Assembly: GCA_049724395.1 (NCBI GenBank)
Contig: JAUGWO010000004.1
Span: 1 to 61,263 of the forward strand
Source: Spongospora subterranea f. sp. subterranea
Lineage: Eukaryota
Direction: 5' to 3'
Length of the DNA stretch: 61,263 nt
Position numbers and translations under genes: made by a program. The notes under the pieces were generated by a model. The model was not told the DNA's origin and did no database searches. It saw only the letters and a program-made list of their open reading frames with translations. How positions within the stretch are numbered: the first letter of the stretch is position 1; each line of letters opens with the position of its first letter. Below are positions 1 through 14,102 of this stretch, piece after piece.

Positions 1-687
1 ACGTGATTCTGCCTCTGCTTCTGTCGATGTTGTTTCTTCTTCAGATGATGACAACTTTGTTATTCACGATGCAGATGAATGGCTTCGGAACATGGACAAT
101 GTCATGGCTGATCGCGTCGAGGAGACTTTTCTGACTTGGAAATCTGGAGCAGGATCACAATTTAGAAAGCCGTACACAGGCGATTCACGAGCTTTCAAAT
201 TCAGGAAACAAAAAGCCAGGCGATTAAGAGAAGAGACAATGATTGGCTGCAAGCGAATTTCCCATTGGCAGAAATCACGCCATTCATTATTTCGATAGAT
301 TCATCACTTGAATGAAATAGTTCTTCATCGTCGGCTTGTTCATGATCGTCTTGCACTAATTGCAATTCGTCGGGAAGATCACATGTAGTTTCTGCTGCGT
401 GATCTCTGTCTTGACTAAACCAATGGGAAATTCGCTTGCAGCCAATCATTATCTCTTCTCTTAATCGCCTGGCTTTTTGTTTTCTGAATTTGAAAGCTCG
501 TGAATCGCCTGTGTACGGCTTTCTAAATTGTGATCCTGCTCCAGATTTCCAAGTCAGAAAAGTCTCCTCGACGCGATCAGCCATGACATTGTCCATGTTC
601 CGAAGCCATTCATCTGCATCGTGAATAACAAAGTTGTCATCATCTGAAGAAGAAACAACATCGACAGAAGCTGAGGCAGAATCACAT
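1..687. repeat. Long inverted repeat, arms 1-268 and 420-687, spacer about 150 bp
   Basis: The arms are reverse complements with few mismatches; the ORF track gives near-identical peptides on opposite strands (92..298+ vs 201..596-; 64..252- vs 436..624+). Confidence 0.95.
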
Positions 688-782
688 GTATCTGCAATAT
701 CGTCACAATCGCTTTGGCAAACCCTGAAGCGTGAAGCTGTTAGATTGGCAATCTGCTATCTTCGCTTGTTCAGACGCGGCAT
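1..782 (-). mobile_element. Relic of the 5' region of a Tc1/IS630-like transposase, folded into an inverted repeat
   Basis: The minus strand from ATG 782 reads MPRLNKRR*QIANL...LTWKSGAGSQFRKPYTGDSRAFKFRKQK, which resembles N-termini of fungal-type Tc1-like transposases; it has an in-frame stop. Family assignment is from recall only. Confidence 0.45.
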
Positions 783-1034
783 GTGGAACGAAAACTGATT
801 ATCCAACGTCAAACCAATCACAGTTGAAGGTGGTCCGCAGTTTGTTTGTGCGTCAGTGAACATGAAAAAAGCACAGTCATTGTTATATACACTCCTGCGC
901 ACATTTCTTCCATATATACAGTATCATTTCAGGCCGCTGCCACTACACCGGTATTAATATGTAAAAGTGCTACTCCCATATGGCATTTCCTGGTGGGAGC
1001 CCAAAATAACTTAAAAAGTGCGTATGATTATTAA

Positions 1035-2817
1035 CTCCCTCTGTGTCAAAATGATTGTCCGATTCGCGCACTTTGTCAAAATAAAGAAAGGAAATAAAAA
1101 AAACTCCGGTGGAAATGACTTTTTTGCGTAGTGCTCGTCATTAGCTCTCCAACCACGTCAGAACCCTGTATTTTGCACCACTGGGTCCCATGTACGGGGC
1201 CTCCCAAATTTTGCATTCTTGGAGGGCTCCCTCAATCACCCGCTGGAACTTCAGTATCTCCTGTAAGCGGACGTGAATGGTTCCAGAAGACGTTCCACAT
1301 GGCACCAAGCCTAATTTAAGTGATAATGAACGTAACGGGGTCTTACAAGATCTATTGGCTCATTCAACATCCGGAACTCTTGAAAAAGGCGCTATTAAGG
1401 CTACTGCTGCCAAATTTGAAGTCTCACCCAAAACAGTTTCCCGAATTTGGAGCCGTGCAAAAGAATGTTTAATCCAAGGAAAAAATTTTGCTGATGTGAA
1501 ATCAAGAATTAAAACAAAATCCGGTAGAAAAAGAAAGGACCGTGAGGAAATCGCTAGCAAATTCAAAGAGGTGCGTTTGCGTCAGCGGATGACTTTAAGA
1601 TCCCTCGAACATGCATGCAATGTTCCAGCGAAAACCCTTCACCGTTTCATGAAAGAAGGTGGATTAAAACGGATATCCAGTACGATAAAGCCTACCTTGA
1701 CAGCTGCCAACAAGAAGCAACGTCTGGAGTTCGCTTTGTCCATGTTAGAAGGCGACTCTGACCTTTTCAGTCCAATGTTGGATACGGTGCACGTGGACGA
1801 GAAATGGTTCTATCTCACAAAAATCAAAAAGAGCTTCTACCTTCTTCCTGACGAAGAGGGTCCTGAACGGTCTTGCCAAAGCAAGTGTTTCATCACCAAG
1901 GTAATGTTTCTTGCAGCTGTAGCTCGACCGCGTTACGATCCTCACCGTAAAACGATGTTTGATGGTAAAATTGGACTTTGGCCGTTTGTTACAGGTGAGC
2001 CTGCCAAGCGTAGTTCCAAGCATCGCACCCGAGGTACGCTTGTCACGAAGCTGTCGAAGTGAACCGAGTGCAGTACGTGAAAATGATCCTTGACAACGTG
2101 ATTCCGGCCATCAAGCAGAAGTGGCCACTTGGCAGCCAGACGATGCATTTAAAAATCCAGCAAGACAACGCTAGACCACATGCTAGTGTTCTTCAGCAGG
2201 AAATTTTGGAGGCAGGCAATTCGGAAGGCTGGAATATCAATTTGGTTTGTCAACCACCCAATAGTCCAGACTTCAATGTCCTTGATCTGGGCTACTTCAA
2301 CTCCATCCAATCACTACAACACCAAAGCGCCCCGAAGAATATTGACGATATTGTCGAGGCAGTTCATCAATCTTTCGACTCTCTCACAACCGAGAAGCTC
2401 GACAATGTTTTTCTGTCATTGCAGAAAGCAATGGAGTCGGCAATGAGAGCTCAGGGCGGGAATAATTACAAGCTTGGCAAAGCTCAGCTGCGACGTAATG
2501 GAACATTGCCTCTTTCAATCCACTGCGATCCAGAGGCAATAGCTGTAGCTAAGCGTTTGATTTTAAGCTAGTAAACACTTTAGTACTATCCGGGAAAATC
2601 ATTTTGAGCGTTTGATTTTAAGCTGAGCTTTGCCCATATGAGCGAGCTTGTAATTATTCCCGCCCTCAGCTTTCATTGCCGACTCCATTACCCAGATCAA
2701 CGACATTGAAGTCTGGACTATTGGGTGGATGACAACTGGTTAGTAAACACTTTTTAGAACTATCCGAACACTTTAGAACTATCCGGGACATTCATTTTGA
2801 CACAAAAACAGAGGGAG
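1035..2817 (+). mobile_element. DD39D (plant-type) mariner transposon
   Basis: TIRs CTCCCTCTGTGTCAAAATGATTGTCC (1035) and GGACATTCATTTTGACAC..ACAGAGGGAG (to 2817), followed by TA on the right; transposase ORFs lie inside. Confidence 0.93.
1277..2571 (+). pseudogene. Mariner transposase (DD39D), one frameshift near 2051
   Basis: Motifs VHVDEKWF, KVMFLAAVARP, QQDNARPH, QPPNSPDFNVLDLG, with 39 residues between the 2nd and 3rd Asp; ORFs 1277..2062 and 2059..2571 are in different frames. Confidence 0.92.
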
Positions 2818-4079
2818 TATACGAGTACCTAGATCATATGGCCATCAGGGCTAACACTATATGTCAACTATAGGACAATTAGTGTCACTCACACTAATAC
2901 CTGTAAGGTACAGTACAGCAGAGAATCGGTGGTTGAAAAATAGTGTCACTCACACTAAATACGGTAAACGGTGTAGTGAGGTGGATGGGACGGTTAGATT
3001 CGGTACCAACGCTTCTGCCAGAGACAAAGTGCTGTTCCAAGCAATCGCTCAGATGTCCCACGCTGTATTAATGACAGAACTATCAAACGTTGTCACACCA
3101 GAGATGTCACGTTCGAGAGAGGAGGAGGTTGATATTGGCAATATAAGGGACCAGTGATGCTTAGATAATTGGACGTCGTCCGAACTGAGCATTTGCCCGG
3201 AACAGCACCTTTTCTACCGCAGAAGCTTTAATACCGAATCGAACCATCCCATCCACCTCACTAGGTAAGTGTGAATGAAGTTCCTGAAGTGTGAATGAAG
3301 CTCCTGATTAACAGATCGATTCATCCTCTTCAGCAAGCTCCACATGTCATCTGAGAATAATCGTGCGTTTTGGTTGTTCAGGTGATTCGGCAGCTTTGAA
3401 TACATCCCCAATTGTCGGTGCATTGTGAAAAGTCTAAGGAACTAGCAAAGGGATTGATAACCGAATACAGAACATCCAACGCACTTACAATCATAGTCTT
3501 CTGACAAACCAAGAGCAACTGAATTAAGATACTGGCGCGCGTTTTTAAAAAAATTATCCGCCTTGTGAAGCTTATGGCGAGAACGACTGACTAGACAAGT
3601 ATCAATGTATCAATCAAACTGAAGCCAATTTGCTTGTCGGCGTGCCCTCGAGGACGGCAAGGCGATGCTGAAAGGCGGTGACGAAGTTGAGATACACCAC
3701 AACGAGCTCTTCGTCGCTCGCCGACTCGGGCCTCCTTCAGCTTCGCCGTGGCAGAGGCCAAGTCGGCCTCAAGCTGCTCCATTTTTTGTTGTCGCGACGA
3801 CATCTTTTGAAATGCAATGACGAGACTCCGTGGCACAGACATCTTCGAGTCGCATGCGTCAAGTGTTAAAGGAGGGCACTCCATCGAGTCTACTGTACTA
3901 CTGTGCCGCGCCGCGTGTAACTAATGAAGAGTGTATATAACTAAGTTAGTCCACTGGGGCACTTATTTTTGGGTGGACTGTCCACTAGTGGACAAAGACA
4001 CTTCCGGTTTAAGACCTTACATACGGTAATCTGTATTTTGGCCTGTATTCATTTCGTTTGGTGTTATTTATGGGATGAC

Positions 4080-5850
4080 ATATTTTGAAAACTACTTTTA
4101 ATATTGTTTTGAAGACATAATTAATGAGGACTACAAATTTTACAGTGATGTTCATGTTTGTGTGAGGACATTTAGGGTTTGTATATTCGTATTTTATTTC
4201 TTTATTTTGAGATTCTGGTTTTAGATTTCAGAATTGTTGGTGTCATTCTTCTAATGTTTGTATGATTTATCTATATTGTGTTTCTCTGTTCGTGTTTGTA
4301 ATCAATAACATATATTTGGTAAATGTTTGATTTGGCATTGACATACCTACATCAATCGTTGAGATAATCAGTCTGTAATGGTTGTGGTGGTTGAGGAAAG
4401 GAAAACGAAAAGTACAAAAACTAAAGCACAAACACTTACTTAAGCTGGCAAAAGAAGCTAGTAATGACAATACAGGAACAGCAACGTGGAAGATGCTGAA
4501 AACTCTGGTTCCGCAAACAAACAAAAACATCGTATCTTCGCAATTCGTACCAACATGCAGTTGAAGAAGCAAATCTAATCGCCGAAAATTTCAGCACCAT
4601 TTTTTAATCCACTCAATCTTGAGCTATCCAAGAAAAAGCGAACAAAATACAATGAATTGGTCATGGACCTAAAATGACCAAGGGCTTGTAGCCATCCACC
4701 ACTCATTAGTGACAGCCCTCGAAAACCAACAATCTCATGATATGGGACTGTCCAAATTCACTGCAATTCTACAACAAAGCATTCAATACCGATACGTTAG
4801 AGTGACCAGGTGCAGGTTCTGGAACAAACACCTGATGGCGGCACTTAAATTAACAATCAAATTCAGACGCAAATTACTCACTGCGATACGCTCTAAAACA
4901 AACGAAACACAAATTACAAAAAGAAAAGAAGCACTAAACAAAGCGGCAATAGAATTTAGGAAACAATATGTCAAAGCCAAAAACAAACATCTAACAAAAA
5001 TACTCAAAACAGCATGTGAGGATAAGACAGGAGCACAAATTTGGAGACTGGTAAAACAGGTCAGCCCACAAACAAACAAAAGAAGAAAGAATTACGAAAC
5101 CAAGCCAAAAAAGAGGTGGAAAACATCGCCTCGAAATTTGAAATAATCTATAGTGCACCAGATCTCGAAATGACTGAAATAGAAAAAATGGAGCACCAGC
5201 TACTGCTGGCAGAATTATTGAGAGAACGACTGAAAAAACCAACAGCAAATATCACAATCAAAGAGCTAAAACGAGCAGTTAAAAAGCCAACAGCAAGTCT
5301 GCTGGAGTCAACAGCTTGATCGAACATATGTGCACAAATTACATAATCAAGGACACATTCTAAAGGCAATCAATACCGACATGATTGGGTACTTTCCACA
5401 GGAAATGACGATCGCCAAAATACGGCCACTACCGAAAGCGAAATCAGGAGAATATCGACCGATATCATTATTGCCTAACATAGCAAAGATTGTGGAAGGA
5501 ATAATTGAACATAGAATAAGACAACAAGCGAGCGAACATACACCAGATAACCAATCTGGATGTCGGCCAGCACACAGCACAACCCATGCATTGTTAAGAC
5601 TGCTACATAATGCAGGATTAGCGGCGGCAAAAGACCAACAATTCGCCATGATTGTATACGATTTCATGAAGGCATTCGATAGAGTGCAACGAACACTGCT
5701 AATCCAGAAAATGAGGAGAATGGGGATAGATCAATATCTGTTATTACTGATTAATGACTGGCTAACAAACAGAATATTTGAGGTGAATTACAGAAACACC
5801 TCTTCGAAATTACATAGACAGGAGAATGTTATTCCACAGGGATCCAATAT
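4080..5850 (+). mobile_element. Fragmented non-LTR (LINE) retrotransposon relic, RT truncated at the PQG motif
   Basis: 5330..5932 contains YRPISLLPNIAK, QSGCRPAHST, DFMKAFDRV, WLTNR, IPQGS. 4405-4530 is a paralogous fragment of 4960-5080. About 4080-4400 is T-rich and probably an inverted piece of the same kind of element. Confidence 0.85.
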
Positions 5851-6339
5851 AGGTCAGCTTTCCTCGAAGCGCCGTTCGATCAAAACAATTATGGTGATGC
5901 AAATGAATCAGGGCGCGCTGCTGTTGCCGTAAACGATTTTTTCATGAACCAGTTGAACAATCCATGATAGGTCAAGATACTTTTTTGCCATTTCATTCAA
6001 GGGGCTGAACATAAACCATGTGAAAGACGGTTTTGCAATGATTATGAGAAGTTGCCGTTGTTCGTGCGAGTTATATCTATCCAGACCCTGCTCAAGAAAT
6101 GTGCCTCCTCTTTGAATATATTGTCATCAATTTATTCATCAAGATCATAGCGAGTCTACGTCGTAGCACAAAAATGGGAGTGGTCATGGGGATTCGCAAT
6201 TGGCGGATTTGGCTGATGGTACAACCGCAACCATTGGGCGGTGATCACTGTGAATAAACCACTGAACGTTCCATGGTTAAGCAATGGCAAAACTGTTGTG
6301 TAGTTTATGAGGATAGACCACGTTAGGAAATTGTGCCGT

Positions 6340-9300
6340 TTAGCGAGTTTGTCTAGAATTGCGACGCTTCTGCAGTTGAACGTCCCAAGATGCCGGATCA
6401 CTAGACGATGATTGACGGCGGCTTTTCAACTTCTTGATGTTCGCTTGGATCACCTCGTAGTTGACCAAACAGAGCACCATGACGAATCCGATCAATATCG
6501 TGAAGACCGAGCTACCCTGAGCGGGATGTACAGGAGGAGGTAATACTGGGTCCGATGGCAAGGCGATGGAGACCGGGCCATGAACAGCGACGGGGAACGG
6601 GTTGGAGCTCAATCCGTTGGTGATGGCGGTCACCGTATATTGACCGAATGGAACATCAGCGAAAAGGAAGAACCGCTTGGAAGGGCTACAGTGAACAGTC
6701 TCCTTGATATCACCCTGATGGACATCGTCGTCAGAACGCCACAATTATTGTGCAGTGTCGGATGGGCTCACCGTCTCGTGATGTTTGAGAACCACGGAAG
6801 TGAACGCCGATCCCGGTGGCAGAACACCGAACAGATCGGCGTACGATGGCTGGCGATACGCTATGAAATTCACATCCTTGACATCAGCAGCGGGCATATG
6901 CACATGATGTTGAGCGGGTTGGGCACGCTCCAATGCATCAGTGACTTCGCCGCAATTCAGCGATACGCTGTAGTCTTTTCCTAAACGCACAATACGACAG
7001 CTTAGAACAGGGGAACAGCGATCCCAAAACAAAGTGCAGACCTGGAGTCAAGCCACGAATCCGATAACTTCCGTCGGCGTTCGAGCTATAGATCAGAATT
7101 TTGCTGAGGAGAAGTTGCCAACAGTTCGGCCGGATATACTTACACAGATTCGACCCCAACCGTCATCTCCATCAACCGTTGCTTTGACAACGATATTTGG
7201 CAAAGGATGGCCCGAAATGGATTTCACCGATCCGAAAATGCCTGATCGATTGATCGTTATGTCTAGGGTGAAAAAACAAATGATAGGGACGAACTGTATG
7301 CGACACGTTCAGCTGCGAATTTGAAAGAAAGTTTCTGCCCTTGATCAAGACGAACCGAATGAGATGACGGGCGGAAAATGTATTCTTTGAGAAGAACGTG
7401 CAGGAAGTACTGCGATGCGGATAGACTCTGAATGAGCAGCAATGCCGTTAGAACCATTCTGAATACTGGTATGGAGCCGACCTTAAACTGCACAACGCCG
7501 TTGCTACTGGTCAGACTGTTGTTCCGATAGTTCGTAGACGATAGTGACACCAGAACGCCTTCAATCGGGGCGCTAAATCAATATTATGATTGCTGCTGGC
7601 GATAGGACGTGACCGATTAGTACCCGGAAACGATATCAGTAATCTGAGCTTCTAACGACGAATATTGAACGGCTTCGAAATCGCCGTTGCCAACAGGTTC
7701 AAACTAACGCACATAGGACAGTAAGATGATGATTTTTCAGAATGAAAAATGTGAGACCTTATAGTCGGGATGATGCACCTTGATCGTATAACCTCCTGCA
7801 CTTGAAAATGGACCAAATTTATACTGCCCTGGAATGTTTGCAGACGAGAGTATCAGCAAGTATGCAAGACTGCACAAAATCGGGATATATACCGGTGCTG
7901 GATACGGCGACCTCAATGGGAGCTGAATCACGATGAGAATCTGCTGCATGGTCGCCGTCGGGCGTCAAATACGCATACACCTTAGCGTCTGGGCGATTCA
8001 AAGAAAAACGGATTACTGCAAGTTAAAACCCAAGGTCGACGCAAACACTGGTACCAGGAATGACAGGGCTGATTTTGCCGGTTCGGAATAGGCCAGCACG
8101 ACCGACGATAGCCGTGACTGTGATCGGCTTCTTGTTCCAGTTGGATGGAATGTCAACCTGACAACAGATCAATAAAAAACCCTTTGAAAATCAAATCGAG
8201 TAAAAGTACCTGCTGCGGATCAGGGGTGAATACAATATCATTGTATTCGGAGACCCTGATTGAGCATTTCTGCCCGAGAGGGGACCAAAAGCTGTAGCCG
8301 TAAGTAGCGACATCCCCGCTAACGCTGATGAAATCCGACTTCACGACCTCTTGGAATGAAGAACAGGTAATAGTGAGAGAGGGATGCATTGATAACCTTG
8401 AAGGAAGTATAACAGTTCCAGTGACCTGCGCAAGAGCAGGAGTTCAGCCCTTTTGAAATACAATTTGACAAGGGTAGGACGAGACACACTTTAATCTTAT
8501 CAAGTTTAAGTTGAATGGGAGACCCATGAACGATCGGCATTGGAACTCCTTCGAAAGAGATGGCTGATTCCGGCAAGGCGTCTAATGTATAGCGCCCAGG
8601 AACATCAGAGGCTATGCAGAACGAACTAGAGCCAGGTTCAAGCGAAACTGTTGAGAACAATGAGGTGACTGATGAAACAGAAAGTTATGATGGCTAAACA
8701 TACTGGTAAATGAATCGTCACCACCACTCACACGCATATCTGATGAATACGATGTTAATACATCAATCAGAACACCCTTCTGCGATATTGTAATATCAGC
8801 AACATCTTCTGCCTCCACTTTGACCTGCATTGAAGTACCAATCAACAAACTCGCCAATTTCTGATAAGTGGCATACATACGGGTACCGAGCCAAAACATG
8901 CACCAACAGCATCAGCGCGAAGTTCATATTCTCCAGGAGTCACTTCGGGAAACTCGAAAGTGTTCACCGCAGATACAGTTGTAGTCAAAACAGAACCCTT
9001 TTTAGAATGTAAAGACAGGGAAACGCTCTACAAATGAGCCATCAAAAACTGCACAAATCGTGCAGAGAACGAGGGTCAATTTACCTGGCAAGACAATGTA
9101 TCAAAACAGACAACCTGGCCTTTGACAGACACAGCAATCTGATAGAAATCCACATTATCGATGGGAGCGTTGGTGACAGTAACACGACGGGATAATGGCG
9201 ATAGCAGCCCAAGACTTTTGGACGGGCGGAGAATAACCTCGCCAGGCTGATTGGAGGAATGGCATCAATAGCGAAAATCAAAGAATTCATATTCAACGGG

Positions 9301-10920
9301 TTACCTTTGCTGCATAACAGAACAAGCCGCGATGGTCAATATTGACCGAAGCAACAACAACCCCGTTGGCGACGACCTCAATATTGTGGTCGGATGACGC
9401 AATACCGGATACAGAGACGTGTCCACAAATGTCGTAACTAGTGGTACATGATGACCATTATCAAAGGATACCAACCATAGCATGGAGCAAACCTTTCAAC
9501 GACAACATCAGGGACAGCAGCACCGATAACATACGGAGGAAGAGATGAAAAGCTATATCCTTTCTTGAGGACCTGTAAATAAAACAGCATCAGAAGCGAA
9601 TCGCTGATCAGATAGATGAGATCTGACGTTGATGTTGTGAAATCCTTTATCACCGCTATTGGCGGCACTCCAAACATATAACCCATCATTGTCGGTGATA
9701 GCGGTTTGAACCCCATCAACGAATACATATGCGTCAGCGATACCTTCATTTGTCAAAGGGTCTCGTACGTATCCAGCAACATTTATGCCCGTAATGATGA
9801 ATGTTTCAGAACCTGAACGAACATGAATACCGAAAACACAACGACACTAGAGGAAGTAGTACTAAGTTGAAGTGGCTCAAACGACACCTCAATCGGGGCC
9901 ATATTACGATTGAGGGAATACGTCACAGCTGATCGGCTAACATCGATATGGAGGTCATACAATCCACAGGCAACGTCCTGATACGAAAAATGACCATCAT
10001 CTGAAACTACAAAATAACAGGTGCGATCTCCAAATGAACAATCATCACGAGACGCGCCAGATGGGACAATGATTACGCCAACTCCTAGATCACGTTGTAA
10101 GAGTCAAAAACGTGCTAAATGTTGCCGAACAGAAGACCCTTAGCGGATATGTCGGATTTGACAACTCCAGATATCGTAGCGCCAGGTATATTGAACGGGT
10201 CAAGATTTGATTCGCCCCAGGCCACAGAATGTTCCAAGTGCGGGCGAGACGTGATTCCAGATGGGTGAACGGCTTCAATTGTGTAGTTATCAGGACGGAT
10301 GCCCTTCAGCATGAATTCCCCGTTGGACTCTGTCCGGATTGACAACTCCTTGGTCTTGCCGGTGGATGACGACCGCAGTATTACATTCAGCGATTGGGAT
10401 GCAGGTGAATACTGAGCCCGGCATGATGGGAGTTGAGGAGCGTTGATAGAGCCATGAATGGGAAACCCTGCAGAAATTAATACTTGGTCATGTCGATGGA
10501 ATCAAACGTCCTACCGGTCAAGCGAAAATTGATATCTCCTTCACAAAACTGATCATACTCATTGGCGGTGAATTCCACTTCCGCAGGTTCGAACGACCAT
10601 TGGTTGGGATGTTCAACCCGGAGAATGAACGAGCCACTTTCGTAAATGAGAGCACTATAGAAACCATTGGGAGCACAGTATACGCTGTCCTTCTGTAATC
10701 CCGACTTGGTCAATACAGTCACTTTGATCAGCGAATAATCAAAATCCGGAGGAGCAAATCTACAAAATCAAAGATTGAGCATGTGTTGAAACGTGAAAAA
10801 AAAACCATCGAGAGCGTACTTTAATATGGAAGGGGATATTGATACCTGACCGCCGCAAGTTATAACGGATTCCGCATAGGCGATGGTCAGGAGTACCACG
10901 AGACCAACCGTGGCCCACAT
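6340..10920 (-). CDS. NOMO: Nodal modulator (NOMO)-like ER membrane protein, multi-exon
   Basis: Signal peptide MWATVGLVVLLTIAYA, then CGGQV...DYSLIKVTVLTKSGLQKDSVYCAPNGFY...YESGSFILRVEHPNQWSFEP, matching the NOMO N-terminus; repeated beta-sandwich motifs (DGSYRIRGLTPG); C-terminal TM (VFTILIGFVMVLCLV). Exon boundaries not fully resolved. Confidence 0.88.
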
Positions 10921-12189
10921 GTGACCCAGAATATCCCCAGACCGTTGGCGACCAGAACCAGCGTCTTGCGGAATACGACGGCCCGAGGGAGGAGGGCGGG
11001 GGGGGGGGGGGGTCGCGCATGGCGCACTTACGGCATCCCGGATCAGGTGATATGCCGTCCCGCAGTATCGACTACTGTCATCACAGTGTACACATGATGA
11101 CGGCTGACCCGCCACAAAGTGTGCGCAGCGGTATTCGAATTTCTTCTTTAGTCCTGATTTTCAGATAACGTCGTCGCAATTTTGCCATCTCTCATTTTGA
11201 TCTCTGTTTAGTGCCTGAAATTGCAGATAAAACTATACAGGTGAGGTGTCTGAAATGATTCGAGAATCTGTTGGAAGTTGAGTATCACTCGGATGTGGTA
11301 GTGATTGTCGAAGCTGGGGGCGTTTCGAGAACGGTGGAATCGTGGAGGACTTAACGGCGGGTGAGGTCCGCCGTCCGGACCGGTGGGGTGGGGTTACCGG
11401 TTCCCCGGCACACTCCACTCATACCTGTTACCGGCAATACAACGTCGGAAGACATTATACGGATTCGCAACAACAATATCGCGCTACCAAATGTGTTCTT
11501 TCCGAATCAGTTTGATCAGCTCATTACAAAGTCAAAACCCCGAAACGTCCAGAGAGATCCGCGCACAATTTATATTTGGGAGTGAATGCGGATTGTTTCG
11601 AAAAACTTTTGAAAAATCCATTGGCAGTTCCGCTGCACAAATCTACGAATCTCCTTCATCCAACAACCAATGATATTGCAATCACACTGCAATGCAGAAT
11701 ATGTGCTGGTATTATCCGCTGCTGCAACAGCGATTGCCAAGTCATCACGCGGCCTGACCAGAATAGGCCATCACAGATCAAACAGAAATTCGTTCTGTCC
11801 TTGAAAATAGCCTAATTCAACTCCTTGCTATATTGCTCCTATCAGAATTTGTTTAGCCAACTTTGATCTTGTCATGTGCGAATGTAAGAACCTGTGGGGC
11901 TCATCAGTGGTTAAATAACCGCTGCATCATTTTTGCAGCGGGACTGCCAATCATCACCTCAGGTTTTGAGAACAAAAAGTTCGAATGACGTATATCCTTG
12001 TTCGGCCTGTCTTTTTTCGACATTTGTGCCCGTGGAAGCTCGTTTGAGTCGTTTCGACTACATGATCAGGTCGAGCACAATTGTTTCGTAACTTAGTAGC
12101 AAATAGCAGGCTCATCCTTGCCGATAAACACTGAGGAGAGGACGACCTGCGCGATCTCCGTCTGGTCGACGATTCCGACCAGTATGAAC

Positions 12190-12298
12190 CACTCTCGTAA
12201 AATACGAGCACTGCAGAAACCATTGGGAGCACAGTACTCGCTGTTTTTCTGTAATCCCGACTTTGTCAATTCAGTCACTTTGGCCAGCGAATAATCAC
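12190..12298 (-). pseudogene. Duplicated fragment of NOMO exon 2
   Basis: Diverged copy of 10633-10741 (DYSLAKVTELTKSGLQKNSEYCAPNGF vs DYSLIKVTVLTKSGLQKDSVYCAPNGF) in an unrelated context. Confidence 0.85.
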
Positions 12299-14102
12299 AA
12301 TCATTGTCATATTCCGGCAGACACTGATCGAGAATCGCAGAGGAATCGTCCACCATATGGAGTTCGCCCAGGTCAACAGGTTCACTCCTTTGTGGTCACC
12401 ACGAGCACAAAGACGCCACGACACGAGCCGACCACAAGTAGTGGCATGAGGCGATGACGGAAGAATATCGATCGCCTATGGGAAAACAACACATGGACAC
12501 TCTGTATCTTCAGATCCATAACGTCATCAAATTCAACCTTTTGGCGCTGGATATCTCCATCAACGTTGACGGTGGCTCAGTTTGGTTTGATGACAGTTCG
12601 ATCATGAAATATCGCACAGAGTGTCCCAGTATTGTTGTCCATTGGCGATGGGTTTTCTTCGTCATCGCCTCTTGCCCAGTCTTGTTGTGACGTCCTTGCA
12701 CGTGGTTGGCTCTGTGATCACAAGGGCCTTGTTCTTCGGTTTAGCGAACTGCTGTTGTGGCTGGCGGGCATGTGCCCCTTCCATGTTGTCGTTCGAGGCG
12801 CTCCGGTCTGTCAGTTGTGCGAGTTGACGACCTTTGTTTCAATCGGGCAGAATTCGTCAGGTCTGAGAAGGATCGTCGTCTCTGCACGGGTCGTTTGGCA
12901 ATTTTGTCGGCGCAGGAGCGGACGTTGCCGATGGTGCTGCTTCTGTTGGTGTCGGTAGCTCCTCGCCCTCGAATTCGTGCAACACTGAGGGCAGGAACGT
13001 CACGGCTGATAATGAGCTTTAGTGTCGTTTCTTCCTGCAGTTGGTCAGCTTTGCTGCTCCGTTGCGTTCCCACAGGAACTTGATTTGGATTCAAACTTGC
13101 GTCTCTGGGTATGTCAGCCAAAAACTCGTAAATGGGCATGGTCGTAAGCAACGGCTCTTTCTGAGCGTTCGGCTGATTTCTGGTCGATCGACCATTTCTT
13201 CTTCCTACCACATGCGTTAATGAACAGCGCTGTATATCTGATGTGTCTGAAGTTCGTTTGTTGTTTACTACAGGAATTGTTCTACGCTTTTATTCAGGAC
13301 GTGTCTGCCGTAGTTCGCAGCAATGAACTTTTCTAACGTGTTGGATGACCTATTATGTGCCTATGATGTCCTTTTGATTATGTCACCCATAATCACCTTT
13401 CGACATCGTTCCGCAAACACATTCAAACTCGATGCGAACGGCATGAGACAGAGATACGACCATGAATTGAAACGGTGCTGCGATCAGTCAAACGATGGAC
13501 ATTGCTGGCGGCAGGGTGGGTTTCTGCAGAATCCCACACAGGATCTTGATTCTGTGCCTACAACGACGGCTCTTCTTGCGTTTTTGACAATTCGCACCAA
13601 TCTCTGGTCTGCAGTGATGACATACAGAGAACGTCATGGGTCGGGCGCATGAAATCAGAGTGATTATCATGTCGTTACCTCGGGTGCTCGATCGCCGCCC
13701 GAGCCTCTCGGTCCAATCTTACTGTCTCCTCCGACAGTTTAGGGTCAAGTTTTGACGGTTTTACTGTGGTTGCCTCAAATTCTATTACTCCACTTCGTCA
13801 GTGACATGAACTGTACCGAAAGGGTTCGGGCGGCCATCGATAACCCAGGCGACTACACGACCCTCAAATTTATTATCACAAATGTTTTGGCATTCATTCT
13901 CTTATAAATGGGTTGGTTTTCAAGCCGACCATGCAGATACACATTTTCACGTATTTGCACAGATTTCAGCCTGTTTGGTTTAGGTGGAATCAAATCGAAT
14001 CAATGGGATGTTCATCTTGTTAGCCTAACCACTTAATCCTGTTGACTCACCATTTTTCCTGATTTTTCATACCACTTAAGCACTGCTCGCAATTGTAATT
14101 TA

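Noticed and set aside
12360..13211. Overlapping ORFs of 100-156 aa
   Set aside because: No recognisable domain; probably a degenerate repeat or gene relic.
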